From Eubacteriales bacterium (GTDB lineage Bacteria; Bacillota; Clostridia; Oscillospirales; CAG-272), in assembly GCA_045661325.1 (NCBI GenBank), contig JAZRFK010000041.1, positions 15,719-79,718 on the forward strand: DNA of 64,000 nt. Reading direction: 5' to 3'. The translations under genes were made by a program, and so were the position numbers. Below are positions 14,245 through 22,839 of the stretch, piece after piece (position 1 is the stretch's first letter; each line of letters begins with the position of its first letter). Under the pieces are notes generated by a model. The model worked only from the letters and a program-made list of their open reading frames with translations, did not search any database and had not been told where the DNA came from.

Positions 14245-15972
14245 GTGAACAACGCGCAAAACGAATTTAACAGATGGCTGGCCTACCCCCATCTTTCCGA
14301 GGAGCTTCGCGAGGAGATGCTCTCTATACAAAACAATGCCGAGGAAATCGAGCTTCGCTTTGGAACGAATATGAGCTTCGGAACGGCAGGCCTCCGTGCT
14401 ACCATGAACGCAGGCCCTGCCTGTATGAATGTCTATACCGTTGCCCAGGCAACCCAAGGCATCGCGGCCTTGATTTCGCAGGAAAACGGTAAGGACAGAG
14501 GCGTTGCTATTGCATACGATAGCCGCTTGCACGCCAGAGAGTTTGCCGAAACGGCCGCAGAGGTTTTGGCAGGAAACGGCATTCGCGTCTATATTTTTGA
14601 CGATATTCGCCCAACCCCGACCCTTTCCTTCGCGGTCAGAGAGCTGAACTGTATGGCGGGCATCAACATAACCGCCTCTCATAATCCCAAGGAATACAAT
14701 GGCTATAAGGCCTATTGGGAGGACGGCGCACAGATTTCTCCCGAGCAAACCAAGGTGGTTGCCGCTGAAATTGCTAAAATCGATATGCTGGGCGGCGCCG
14801 AGAAAATCTCACTTCGCGATGCCGAGAAGGCAGGCCTTTTGACCTGGCTCGGTAAGGATTTTGATGAGGTATACCTTGCGGCCGTTCTGAAAACCGCCAT
14901 AAATCCCGCGGCTATCACCGAGGTGGCCGATGAGCTGAAAATCGTCTACACCCCCTTGCACGGCACGGGTTACCGCTTGGCGCCTGAGATTCTTCGCCGC
15001 GTGGGCCTTCGGCATCTCTTTACCGTTCCTGAGCAGATGGTGCCAAACGGCAATTTTCCCACCGTTCCCAAGCCCAATCCCGAACACGCAGAGGTGTTTT
15101 CCTTGGGTATTGATATTGCCGAAAGGGAGGGAAGTGACCTCGTTATCGCCACCGACCCCGATGCAGACAGAATCGGCGTGATGAGTCGCACCAAGGACGG
15201 AAGCTTCGCTACCATCACGGGCAACCAGATGGGCGCGCTTCTTTTGGATTATGTTATCGCGGCGCGCCGCGCAAACGGAACGCTCGGTAAGAACGATTAC
15301 GCCGTTAAATCCTTCGTTTCGACAGACCTTGCTATGAAAATTGCCGAGGCCAACGGCATCGCGATGTACGATGTCTTTACGGGCTTCAAATTTATCGGCG
15401 AGGTTATCAAGAATTACGAAACCGAAAAGAGAGACGGCAACTTCCTTTGCGGCTTTGAAGAGAGCTATGGCTATCTGTTCGGCACTTACGCGCGCGACAA
15501 GGATGCCATTGGCGCATTGCTTTTGATTGTCGAAATGACGGCCTACTATCGCAAGAAGGGGATGACGCTTTCCGACGCGCTTTCCTCGCTTTACGAGAGA
15601 TACGGCTACTATCGCGAGGGCGTTCTTGACCTCTATATGACAGGGCTTGACGGAATTGAGCGTCGCCGCAGAATTATGGAAAAAATGAGAAGTGCAGCGC
15701 CCGATGCCTTTGGCGGCGTCAAGGTTTTGACCGTGACGGATCATTTGGCACAAACAACGCTCTCGTTAAAGGACGGCAAGGTTACAAAAACGGGGCTTGG
15801 CACCTCGGACGCCATGTATTTCGTGATGGAAAACGGCGACAAGGTCGTTGTGCGCCCCTCGGGCACAGAGCCGAAAATCAAGTTCTATTTCCTCTGTCAC
15901 GGAGACGATGCAGAGAGCCTTTCTCTTCAAATTCAAAAATACAACGAAGACGTACAAAAAATGCTCGACTGA
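14245..15972 (+). CDS. Phosphoglucomutase/phosphomannomutase (alpha-D-phosphohexomutase family)
   Basis: 575 aa. It has the active-site loop TASHNPKEYNGYK, the Mg site IATDPDADR, the sugar loop GFEESYGY, and a GTEPK phosphate loop. The start codon is GTG. Confidence 0.9.
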   Translation: MNNAQNEFNRWLAYPHLSEELREEMLSIQNNAEEIELRFGTNMSFGTAGLRATMNAGPACMNVYTVAQATQGIAALISQENGKDRGVAIAYDSRLHAREFAETAAEVLAGNGIRVYIFDDIRPTPTLSFAVRELNCMAGINITASHNPKEYNGYKAYWEDGAQISPEQTKVVAAEIAKIDMLGGAEKISLRDAEKAGLLTWLGKDFDEVYLAAVLKTAINPAAITEVADELKIVYTPLHGTGYRLAPEILRRVGLRHLFTVPEQMVPNGNFPTVPKPNPEHAEVFSLGIDIAEREGSDLVIATDPDADRIGVMSRTKDGSFATITGNQMGALLLDYVIAARRANGTLGKNDYAVKSFVSTDLAMKIAEANGIAMYDVFTGFKFIGEVIKNYETEKRDGNFLCGFEESYGYLFGTYARDKDAIGALLLIVEMTAYYRKKGMTLSDALSSLYERYGYYREGVLDLYMTGLDGIERRRRIMEKMRSAAPDAFGGVKVLTVTDHLAQTTLSLKDGKVTKTGLGTSDAMYFVMENGDKVVVRPSGTEPKIKFYFLCHGDDAESLSLQIQKYNEDVQKMLD

Positions 15973-16000
15973 TTAAGCGGGCGGAAAAAGGGATAAAACA

Positions 16001-17809
16001 GTGACCGAAAAGCAAAAAAGAATCAGGAATTTTTCCATTATCGCCCATATTGACCATGGCAAGTCCACCTTGGCTGACCGTATTCTTGAAGCCACCCAAA
16101 CCGTTGCCGCCAGAGATATGGAGGCGCGTCTTTTGGACAATATGGACTTGGAGCGTGAGCGCGGTATCACCATCAAGGCGCGCGCGGTGCGCTTGACCTA
16201 TAAAACGAAGGACGGGGAATACTATCTCAATCTGATAGATACCCCCGGTCACGTTGACTTTGGGTACGAGGTTTCCCGTTCCCTCAGCGCTTGCGAGGGC
16301 GCGCTTCTGGTGGTAGATGCCACGCAGGGCGTCGAGGCGCAAACGCTGGCGAACGCGTATCTTGCCGTGGATAACAACTTGGAGATCATTCCCGTTATCA
16401 ACAAAATTGACCTGCCCAGTGCTGACGTTGAGCGCTGTCGCCACGAAATTGAGGACATTGTAGGCGTTCCTGCCGAGGATTGTCCTGCGGTTTCTGCCAA
16501 AACAGGCCAAAACATCGAGGACGTTTTGGAGGCCATTGTTAATTATGTGCCCGCACCCAAGGGGGATGTTAACGCGCCCTTGAAGTGCCTTATCTTCGAT
16601 TCCTATTATGATAGCTATCTGGGCGTGGTGGTTAATATCCGCGTGGTAGACGGCGTTTTGAAGGCGGGAACGCAGGTGCGCTTGATGAGCACGGGTGCCG
16701 TCTTTGAGGTAACCGAGGTTGGCACGATGGAGCCCTTCGGTCTGCAAAAGACGGAGGAGCTTGCCGCGGGCGATGTTGGCTATTTCACCGCCAGCATCAA
16801 GTCGGTCGGCGATACGCAGGTCGGCGATACGGTGACAACGGCCGAAAACGGTGCAGAGGAGTCTCTGCCCGGCTTCCGCCAAGCACAGCCGATGGTGTAT
16901 GCGGGTATTTATCCGCCCGACGGTGCTAAATACACCGATTTGCGTGAGGCCCTGGAAAAGCTGCAATTAAACGATGCGGCGCTCTCCTTTGAGCCGGAAA
17001 CCTCCATAGCGCTCGGCTTCGGCTTCCGTTGCGGCTTCTTGGGTCTTCTGCATATGGAGGTTATCGAGGAAAGACTTGAAAGAGAGTTTGGACTTGACCT
17101 CATCACCACAGCGCCCAGCGTTATTTACAAAATTCAAAAGAGAAACGGGGAAGTGGTCTACGTGGATAACCCCACCAATTATCCCTCTCCCGATGAAATC
17201 GAAACGGCATACGAGCCTGTTGTTAAGGCCAGTATCATTACTCCCTCGGCGTATCTTGGCGGTATTATGGACTTGTGCAAGGAGCGCCGCGGCGTGTTCC
17301 TTGATATGAAATATATTGATACCGAAAGAATAGAGCTGCACTATATTTTGCCCTTGAACGAAATTATTTACGATTTCTTTGACGCGTTGAAGAGCAGAAG
17401 CAAGGGCTACGCCTCCTTGGATTACGAATTTTCCGACTATCGTCCCAGTAAGCTTGTGAAGCTTGACTTCCTTCTGAACGGCGATCAAGTGGACGCTCTT
17501 TCCTTTATCGTGTTTGAGGAAAGCGCCTATGCGCGTGCCCGTAAAATTACCGAGCGACTGAAAGAGAATATTCCGCGCCAGATGTTTGAAATCCCCATTC
17601 AAGCAGCCATCGGCACCAAAATTATCGCCAGAGAGACGGTCAAGGCCATGCGTAAGGACGTTTTGGCCAAGTGCTACGGCGGTGACATTACGCGTAAGAA
17701 GAAGCTGCTTGAAAAGCAGAAGGAAGGAAAGAAAAAGATGCGCCGTCTGGGAAGCGTCGAGGTCTCTCCCGAGGCCTTCATGGCGGTGTTGAAGCTTGAC
17801 GATGAATAA
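16001..17809 (+). CDS. lepA: Translation elongation factor 4 (LepA)
   Basis: [23 protein letters not shown] is present, along with the DTPGHVDF and NKIDL G-motifs. The length is 602 aa and the LepA C-terminus is conserved. Confidence 0.95.
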   Translation: MTEKQKRIRNFSIIAHIDHGKSTLADRILEATQTVAARDMEARLLDNMDLERERGITIKARAVRLTYKTKDGEYYLNLIDTPGHVDFGYEVSRSLSACEGALLVVDATQGVEAQTLANAYLAVDNNLEIIPVINKIDLPSADVERCRHEIEDIVGVPAEDCPAVSAKTGQNIEDVLEAIVNYVPAPKGDVNAPLKCLIFDSYYDSYLGVVVNIRVVDGVLKAGTQVRLMSTGAVFEVTEVGTMEPFGLQKTEELAAGDVGYFTASIKSVGDTQVGDTVTTAENGAEESLPGFRQAQPMVYAGIYPPDGAKYTDLREALEKLQLNDAALSFEPETSIALGFGFRCGFLGLLHMEVIEERLEREFGLDLITTAPSVIYKIQKRNGEVVYVDNPTNYPSPDEIETAYEPVVKASIITPSAYLGGIMDLCKERRGVFLDMKYIDTERIELHYILPLNEIIYDFFDALKSRSKGYASLDYEFSDYRPSKLVKLDFLLNGDQVDALSFIVFEESAYARARKITERLKENIPRQMFEIPIQAAIGTKIIARETVKAMRKDVLAKCYGGDITRKKKLLEKQKEGKKKMRRLGSVEVSPEAFMAVLKLDDE

Positions 17810-18932
17810 TAACGCGATAGGGCTGTACCTTCATTTGCCCTTTTGTCTACGCAAGTGCGAATACTGTGATTTTTGCTCCTTTCCCGCAATGAGCGAGGAC
17901 GCGATGGCGAGCTACGTTGCGGCTTTACGGAAAGAAATGGCGCATTATGCACCGCTTCTAAAAGGCAAAAGGGTTGACACACTCTTTTTCGGCGGCGGAA
18001 CGCCCACTCTTTTGCCCCTTTCGCAGGCAGAAGCCCTCTTTTCTGATATATACCGCCTTTTTTCCGTCGATAAGGATGCGGAAATTACGGTAGAGGCCAA
18101 TCCTGCCTCGGCGGATAAAGAGAAGCTTGCAGGCCTTCGAGAGCTGGGGGTTAACCGTCTCAGCATCGGCGTGCAAAGCTTTTCGGACGCAGAGCTTGCG
18201 CTTTTGGGGCGTGTGCATTCCGCCAAGGATGCCCTTGCCTTTTACTCCGATGCAAGAGCGGTCGGCTTTTCGAGCATCAATCTTGATTTGATGTACGCCA
18301 TACCCTCGCAAACTGCCGAAAGCTTTGAAAAAACTCTTGCCACGGCCCTCTCTCTTTCCCCTGAGCATTTGTCAGTATACAGCCTCATTTTAGAGGAGGG
18401 AACTCCCTTTTATGAGAAGGGCGCCTCGCTCTCGCTTCCCGATGAGGACGAGGAGGAGAAGATGCGTCTCTTGCTTTTGAAGGAAACGGCCGCAGCAGGA
18501 TACGAAAGATACGAAATCAGCAATTTCGCAAAGTCGGGGCAGGCCTGTCGGCACAACCTGCATTATTGGAGAAACGAGGAATATCTCGGCTTCGGCCTTG
18601 CGGCCTATTCGTATTTTGACGGCGTCAGATACGGAAACGGCAGGGATATGAAGGCTTATTTGCAAGCGCCACTACATGCTGTCGTTGAGCGAGAGGCGCT
18701 CTCCTTGTCAGATAAGGCCTACGAGCACGTGATGACCCATCTTCGCTTGCGCGAGGGCTTCTCGCTTCGGGAGTACGAGACGCTGTTCGGCGTTGACTTT
18801 TTGGATATGCACACAGAGCGCGTGGCTGAATATTTGGCCGCGGACCTGATGAAAAATGAAAACGGCAGAATTTTCCTAACGGATAAAGGGATGAATCTTT
18901 CCAATTCCATACTTGTTTCCTTCCTGCCGTAA
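17802..18932 (+). CDS. hemW: Radical SAM heme chaperone HemW (HemN-like, oxygen-independent coproporphyrinogen oxidase family)
   Basis: [16 protein letters not shown] carries the CxxxCxxC motif. The gene overlaps the lepA stop, and lepA-hemW synteny is conserved. TTG 17796 is an alternative start. Confidence 0.88.
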   Translation: MNNNAIGLYLHLPFCLRKCEYCDFCSFPAMSEDAMASYVAALRKEMAHYAPLLKGKRVDTLFFGGGTPTLLPLSQAEALFSDIYRLFSVDKDAEITVEANPASADKEKLAGLRELGVNRLSIGVQSFSDAELALLGRVHSAKDALAFYSDARAVGFSSINLDLMYAIPSQTAESFEKTLATALSLSPEHLSVYSLILEEGTPFYEKGASLSLPDEDEEEKMRLLLLKETAAAGYERYEISNFAKSGQACRHNLHYWRNEEYLGFGLAAYSYFDGVRYGNGRDMKAYLQAPLHAVVEREALSLSDKAYEHVMTHLRLREGFSLREYETLFGVDFLDMHTERVAEYLAADLMKNENGRIFLTDKGMNLSNSILVSFLP

Positions 18933-19074
18933 GGGTAAGAATTTCATCAAAGGGAGTTGACAATCAGGCCCCCTTTTGCTATAATAGTTATGGACAAAAA
19001 AGCAAAAAACAAGGTGTTTTCCGTGAAAACACTCTTTTGATTGTAAAACTTGAAAAAAGAACGGAGAAACTGTG

Positions 19075-19413
19075 ATGGCAGAGGATAAAACCAAGGTTAA
19101 TGAAGATGATATGTATAAGGGTGGTATCTATCCCTTGATGGATTTGGAAACGGGCGAGCAGGTGAATTTCAGATTTTTGGCACAAGCCGATCTGGATGGC
19201 AACACCTATTATGCCTTCGTTCCCGTCGAGGAAGAGGAAAACGAGGAGCAGCAGTTCGTTATCCTGAAGGTGCTTTCCACGAATGGAGACGATGTTGACC
19301 TGGTTGACATTGAGAGCGACGAGGAGTTTGACCGTGTCGCCGACTATTTTGAGGACGAATACTTCTCCAACATCGACTACGATGAGGATGAGGACGGAGA
19401 GGACGCCGAATAA
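19075..19413 (+). CDS. DUF1292 (UPF0473) family acidic protein
   Basis: NFRFLAQADLDGNTYYAFVPVEEEENE..FVILKV is followed by an acidic tail, which is typical of DUF1292. A GGAG RBS lies upstream. Confidence 0.75.
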   Translation: MAEDKTKVNEDDMYKGGIYPLMDLETGEQVNFRFLAQADLDGNTYYAFVPVEEEENEEQQFVILKVLSTNGDDVDLVDIESDEEFDRVADYFEDEYFSNIDYDEDEDGEDAE

Positions 19414-19432
19414 GGCATTTTCCAAGTAAAAG

Positions 19433-19641
19433 AAATCCTGCTTAGTGCGTGATAGGGCATATTTGGGCCTACACTTAAATTAATGGAGCTCGTATTCTTC
19501 ATTGGTGTGCAGACCTCCCGTGTCATTGCCTGTCTTTGACCGCAATGATACGGACGTTGGGAGCAGAAAAGATGAGAGAGAGCACCACCCTGGACGACAG
19601 GGCTAAAAGCTTGCTCTACACGGCTCGGCGGGAGATTTTTT
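19433..19641 (+). ncRNA. Candidate rod-shaped ncRNA, 6S RNA-like (unverified)
   Basis: The 322-bp gap has no ORF of 60 aa or more on either strand. Manual pairing gives four helices. The closing helix pairs 19436-19458 with 19613-19633 (19 bp, 1 mismatch, 1 bulge). The second pairs 19462-19469 with 19601-19608. The third pairs 19504-19510 with 19582-19589. The apical hairpin pairs 19515-19529 with 19542-19563. A large asymmetric central bubble and a 3' U-run (19636-19641) complete the fold. Several G:U pairs favour the plus strand. Confidence 0.3.
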
Positions 19642-19735
19642 AGAAGATGAGTTACAAAAAGCCACCCAATCGGGTGGCTTTTTGTTTGATGTCGGCGACA
19701 TCGCCGAGAAATAGGGCAAACTTTTTATCTGATTA

Positions 19736-20386
19736 TCACTTTTTCAGTGCTTCCTTAAGAAGCTCCATCATTTCCTCCTTGGTGAGAATCCCCGCCTCGT
19801 ACATAGAACGGATTTCTTGAATAGCCGCAGCGGATGCGTCCGCGCCCGTGTCAGCCTTGCCATCGGATGCGGTTTTCTTTTTTGGCTTTTTAGCAGAGGC
19901 AGGCGGAGGCGTCTCTTCCTTTTTTTCGTATTTCTTCGCATGGGCCAATATTTTTTTATAGACAGCGGGCGCCAGTCCCTCAGGCAAGCAAATTCCGAGC
20001 GTGTCCTCTGTTCCCCATTGATTTATACGGGCGCAGGTAAGCACGATGTTATCGTACTTGAAAAACATACCCTTTTTGATGGTTTGAGCGCCGGAGCGTT
20101 GCATATTCAAGTCATTTAGCTCGAATGCGCCCGATTCGAACTTGCTGGAAAAAATACGAACCTGCTCCTCCTGTACCCACAAAATGCGATTTTCATCGGT
20201 TAAGAGATATGCGTAATACCACTGCTGGTTATCTTCCTGAAAAGTATAGGCGGTTAAAATATCGACAACGTTTTCCTTGATGTGCAAATGCTTCAAGCAT
20301 TCTGCAAGGGCGCCCTTGGGGTTGAGGAAGGGAAGCTTTATCTTGTTCTTTTTCGCGTAATCAATAATATCTTGAACGTTGTACAT
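19736..20386 (-). CDS. Hypothetical protein with a C-terminal SHOCT-like domain
   Basis: 216 aa with RBS AAGGAGAA. A Lys/Pro/Ala-rich linker is followed by IQEIRSMYEAGILTKEEMMELLKEALKK, which fits the SHOCT pattern. Confidence 0.6.
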   Translation of the reverse strand: MYNVQDIIDYAKKNKIKLPFLNPKGALAECLKHLHIKENVVDILTAYTFQEDNQQWYYAYLLTDENRILWVQEEQVRIFSSKFESGAFELNDLNMQRSGAQTIKKGMFFKYDNIVLTCARINQWGTEDTLGICLPEGLAPAVYKKILAHAKKYEKKEETPPPASAKKPKKKTASDGKADTGADASAAAIQEIRSMYEAGILTKEEMMELLKEALKK

Positions 20387-20514
20387 ATTTTTTCTCCTTG
20401 TCTTTTTAAGGTACGCAATTTTAATACTGCTCTACAAGCGGCGATATGCTTTCTATGCATATTATAAAACAAAAATAGGGGTTTGTCAATAATAAGCCGC
20501 GCTTTGCATAGAGT

Positions 20515-20696
20515 GGGGGAGGCTCAAGCGCTCCGAAGGATAAAAGCCACCCATTAGGGTGTAAGACGGGAATCTGAACCCACAGGTTGCGCCAGAGCCA
20601 TCAGATTTTGGGCAATCATCTTTGCGCAACCTTTCGTCATCTTCCTCCTCTTCGTTTCGGAAAATGAGGGGTTCGATTCCTCTGGCTGAGGCTCCA
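20515..20696 (+). ncRNA. Unassigned structured RNA-like locus with a T-loop-like GGGGTTCGATTCC element (not a canonical tRNA or tmRNA)
   Basis: There is no plausible CDS here. Four helices were found by hand. One pairs 20518-20526 with 20687-20695 (8 of 9 positions). One pairs 20568-20581 with 20669-20681 (13 bp, 1 bulge). One is a hairpin pairing 20584-20592 with 20624-20632 (9 bp). One is a hairpin at 20548-20561. The locus ends at the shared bidirectional terminator 20697-20730. Confidence 0.25.
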
Positions 20697-20730
20697 AACA
20701 AAAAAGACGCCCTTGTGGCGTCCTTTTTAT
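20697..20730. terminator. Bidirectional terminator shared by tRNA-Gly and the plus-strand structured locus
   Basis: The stem GACGCC (20706-20711) pairs with GGCGTC (20717-20722). An A-run precedes it and a T-run follows. Confidence 0.7.
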
Positions 20731-20731
20731 T

Positions 20732-20805
20732 TGGAGCAGATGACGGGAATCGAACCCGCGTTACTGGCTTGGGAAGCGAGCGCTCTACCATTGAGCTACA
20801 TCTGC
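20732..20805 (-). tRNA. tRNA-Gly (anticodon CCC), 74 nt, encoded CCA
   Basis: The reverse complement is GCAGATGTAGCTCAATGGTAGAGCGCTCGCTTCCCAAGCCAGTAACGCGGGTTCGATTCCCGTCATCTGCTCCA. The cloverleaf is complete with discriminator U. The anticodon stem has one C:C mismatch (positions 29:41). Confidence 0.85.
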
Positions 20806-20815
20806 GGATAGATTC

Positions 20816-20844
20816 ATAGTAGCACAAAGGAGCGTATTTGTCAA
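20816..20844 (-). promoter_or_regulatory. tRNA-Gly promoter (TTGACA-17-TACTAT)
   Basis: The complement of 20839-20844 is TTGACA and the complement of 20816-20821 is TACTAT. Confidence 0.6.
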
Positions 20845-20951
20845 GGGGGAAAAAAGGCGTTTCATATCGAAAGTATTTGCATTTTAGATTGCAAAATTTG
20901 TTTACCTATGATACAATCAAAGGGCAATAAGAAGACAAAAGAGGAGCTATT

Positions 20952-22100
20952 ATGAACTGCAAAGCACTTTTTGAAGAGATTGACTTGCTTCTTGATAAGT
21001 ATGTTGACATATTAGAGGATATTTGCAATATCGAAAGCCCAACGGATGATAAGGCAGGCGTGGACAGCGTCGGTCAGTATTTTATCGATTACGCCGAGAA
21101 GAAGGGCTGGAGGGTCGAAATTTGTCCCCAGAGCGTCTCGGGCGATGTTTTGTGTATCACGGCCAACCCCGATGCTAAGGGAGCGCCAATAGCGCTCTCT
21201 GGCCATATGGATACCGTGCATCCCATCGGTGCCTTCGGCTATCCCGCAGTTAAGCGAGAGGGGAACAAGATGTACGGCCCCGGCACCTCGGATTGCAAAG
21301 GCGGTCTTGCCGCCGCTTTGCTTGCGATGGATGCCCTTTTGCGCCTTGGCTTTAAGGAAAGACCCATTATGCTCCTGTTGCAGACGGACGAGGAAAAGGG
21401 AAGCGCGCCGAGTCAAAGAGCAACGGTTCGCTATATGTGCGAAAAGGCGGCGAACGCCGAGGCCTTTTTGAATTTGGAGGGCATTCGGGAGTCAACGGCC
21501 GTTATCACGCGAAAGGGAATTTCCCGCATTAAGCTGACCGTTTTCGGTAAGGCTGCCCATTCCTCTATCTGCTATGAAGGCGCCAACGCCATCGCAGAGG
21601 CGGCGCACAAGCTTTTGGCGCTTGAAGAAATGAAGGATGCAGACGGCTTGACCTGCAACTGCGGTATGATAAACGGCGGCACAACCCCTAACACCGTGGC
21701 AGATAAATGTGAGTTTGTTGCCGATATACGCTTTGGCAATGCGGCACAAAAGCAAAAGGCTTATGACCTTGTTGCCGCCGTAGCAAATACCGCCTACATT
21801 GAGGGATGTACCTGTACCTATGAAGAAATCAGTTACCGTCCTCCCATGGAATATGCAGAAAGAAATCTCGCGCTGCTTTCCCGAATGAACGAGATATATG
21901 CCGAAAACGGTCTTCCTGTCTTGACGCCGCGAAACGCAAGAGGCGGCTCGGATGCTGCTTACGTCACGGAATACGGAATCCCTTGCATTGATTCTATCGG
22001 TGTAAAGGGTGACGGTGAGCATACACTTGGCGAGTACGTTGTGATTTCCTCCGTTGCCGAGGCCGCCAAACGAATTGCGGCCGTTGTATATTGCCTGTAA
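20952..22100 (+). CDS. M20-family metallopeptidase (carboxypeptidase G2/glutamate carboxypeptidase-like)
   Basis: 382 aa with LSGHMDTVHP, GPGTSDCKGGL and QTDEEKGS metal-ligand motifs. The RBS is AGAGGAG. Confidence 0.85.
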   Translation: MNCKALFEEIDLLLDKYVDILEDICNIESPTDDKAGVDSVGQYFIDYAEKKGWRVEICPQSVSGDVLCITANPDAKGAPIALSGHMDTVHPIGAFGYPAVKREGNKMYGPGTSDCKGGLAAALLAMDALLRLGFKERPIMLLLQTDEEKGSAPSQRATVRYMCEKAANAEAFLNLEGIRESTAVITRKGISRIKLTVFGKAAHSSICYEGANAIAEAAHKLLALEEMKDADGLTCNCGMINGGTTPNTVADKCEFVADIRFGNAAQKQKAYDLVAAVANTAYIEGCTCTYEEISYRPPMEYAERNLALLSRMNEIYAENGLPVLTPRNARGGSDAAYVTEYGIPCIDSIGVKGDGEHTLGEYVVISSVAEAAKRIAAVVYCL

Positions 22101-22201
22101 GATGTGTCATCAGCGCTAAAAAACAATAAAACCGCCATAGCAAAAGGCTAATGGCGTTTTTTCTTTGTGGCGACTGATTTGATGAAATGTGTCAAAACCT
22201 A

Positions 22202-22237
22202 TTGACAGAACACGCTTTATATGATAAAATATCATAT
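22202..22237 (+). promoter_or_regulatory. Promoter TTGACA-17-TAAAAT overlapped by a 19-bp inverted repeat (candidate TetR operator)
   Basis: TTGACA is at 22202-22207 and TAAAAT at 22225-22230. The inverted repeat ATATGATA-AAA-TATCATAT at 22219-22237 is a perfect 8+8. Confidence 0.6.
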
Positions 22238-22272
22238 GATATATAACACAAGTTATATTAAGGAGGTATAAG

Positions 22273-22839
22273 ATGCCGCCAAGGGTAAAAATTACGAAGG
22301 AAGATATTATTCAAAAGGCCGTTGAGCTGGTGCGCGCAACGGGAGAGTCGGCTATCAATGCAAGGGTTGTTGCCGGGGCCTTGGCTTGCTCCACACAGCC
22401 TGTTTTCTCCAATTTTTCCACGATGGACGAATTGCGAGAGGCGGTGATGGAGGCCTCTCACGCCCGATATATCAATTTTTTAAAAAGCGAGGCAGAGAAG
22501 GAAAAATATCCAAGATATAAAGCCTTCGGTATGGCGTATATTCGCTTTGCCAAGGAGGAACGAGAACTTTTCAAGCTGCTTTTTATGTGCGATAGAAGAG
22601 GGAGGCCCTTGCCCTCAACCTTTGATTTTGAAGAATCCGTTCTGATGATTATGGAGGCCGACGGTATCAGTCGGGAAAAGGCGGAGCTGCTGCATATGGA
22701 AATGTGGACCTGTGTTCACGGAATTGCCACGATGCACGCAACCTCCTTTCTCACTCTTGACGATGCGTTGGTCAGCCAAATGCTGTCGGATGTGTATCAG
22801 GGAATTCGCGCAAGACACGTTAAGGAGAGTGAAAAATGA
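22273..22839 (+). CDS. TetR/AcrR-family transcriptional regulator
   Basis: The N-terminal HTH reads ITKEDIIQKAVELVRATGESAINARVVAGALACSTQPVFSNFSTMDEL. The protein is 188 aa with RBS AAGGAGG. Confidence 0.88.
   Translation: MPPRVKITKEDIIQKAVELVRATGESAINARVVAGALACSTQPVFSNFSTMDELREAVMEASHARYINFLKSEAEKEKYPRYKAFGMAYIRFAKEERELFKLLFMCDRRGRPLPSTFDFEESVLMIMEADGISREKAELLHMEMWTCVHGIATMHATSFLTLDDALVSQMLSDVYQGIRARHVKESEK

Noticed and set aside
11127-17602. Long antisense ORFs opposite htpG (11127-11963, 12237-13142, 12841-13314), pgm (14167-14748, 14809-15753) and lepA (15878-16966, 16967-17602)
   Set aside because: Each lies fully inside a strongly supported conserved gene on the other strand. They have no motifs and no RBS. 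This is the usual GC-driven shadow-ORF pattern.
19575-19600. T-box-like motif (minus strand CCAGGGUGGUGCUCUC) in the 19.4-19.7 kb gap
   Set aside because: Only the AGGGUGGU half matches the T-box consensus AGGGUGGNACCGCG. No terminator/antiterminator pair follows, and there is no downstream gene on that strand. The rod-like plus-strand fold explains the region better.
20515-20696. Interpretation of the T-loop-containing locus as tmRNA (ssrA) or as a second canonical tRNA
   Set aside because: It is too short for tmRNA (~180 nt versus ~350 nt). It has no resume codon or ...LAA tag ORF and no GGGG...CUCCACCA acceptor pairing. For a tRNA, no 5' acceptor strand complements the 3' end in any register, and 5 extra nt separate the T-stem from the putative acceptor. 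It is kept only as an unassigned structured locus.
20486-20827. 113-aa minus-strand ORF (and the 65-aa plus ORF 20622-20819) covering tRNA-Gly
   Set aside because: The reading frame runs straight through a tRNA gene and a terminator (MVERSLPKPVTRVRFPSSAP is a translated tRNA). It is not coding.
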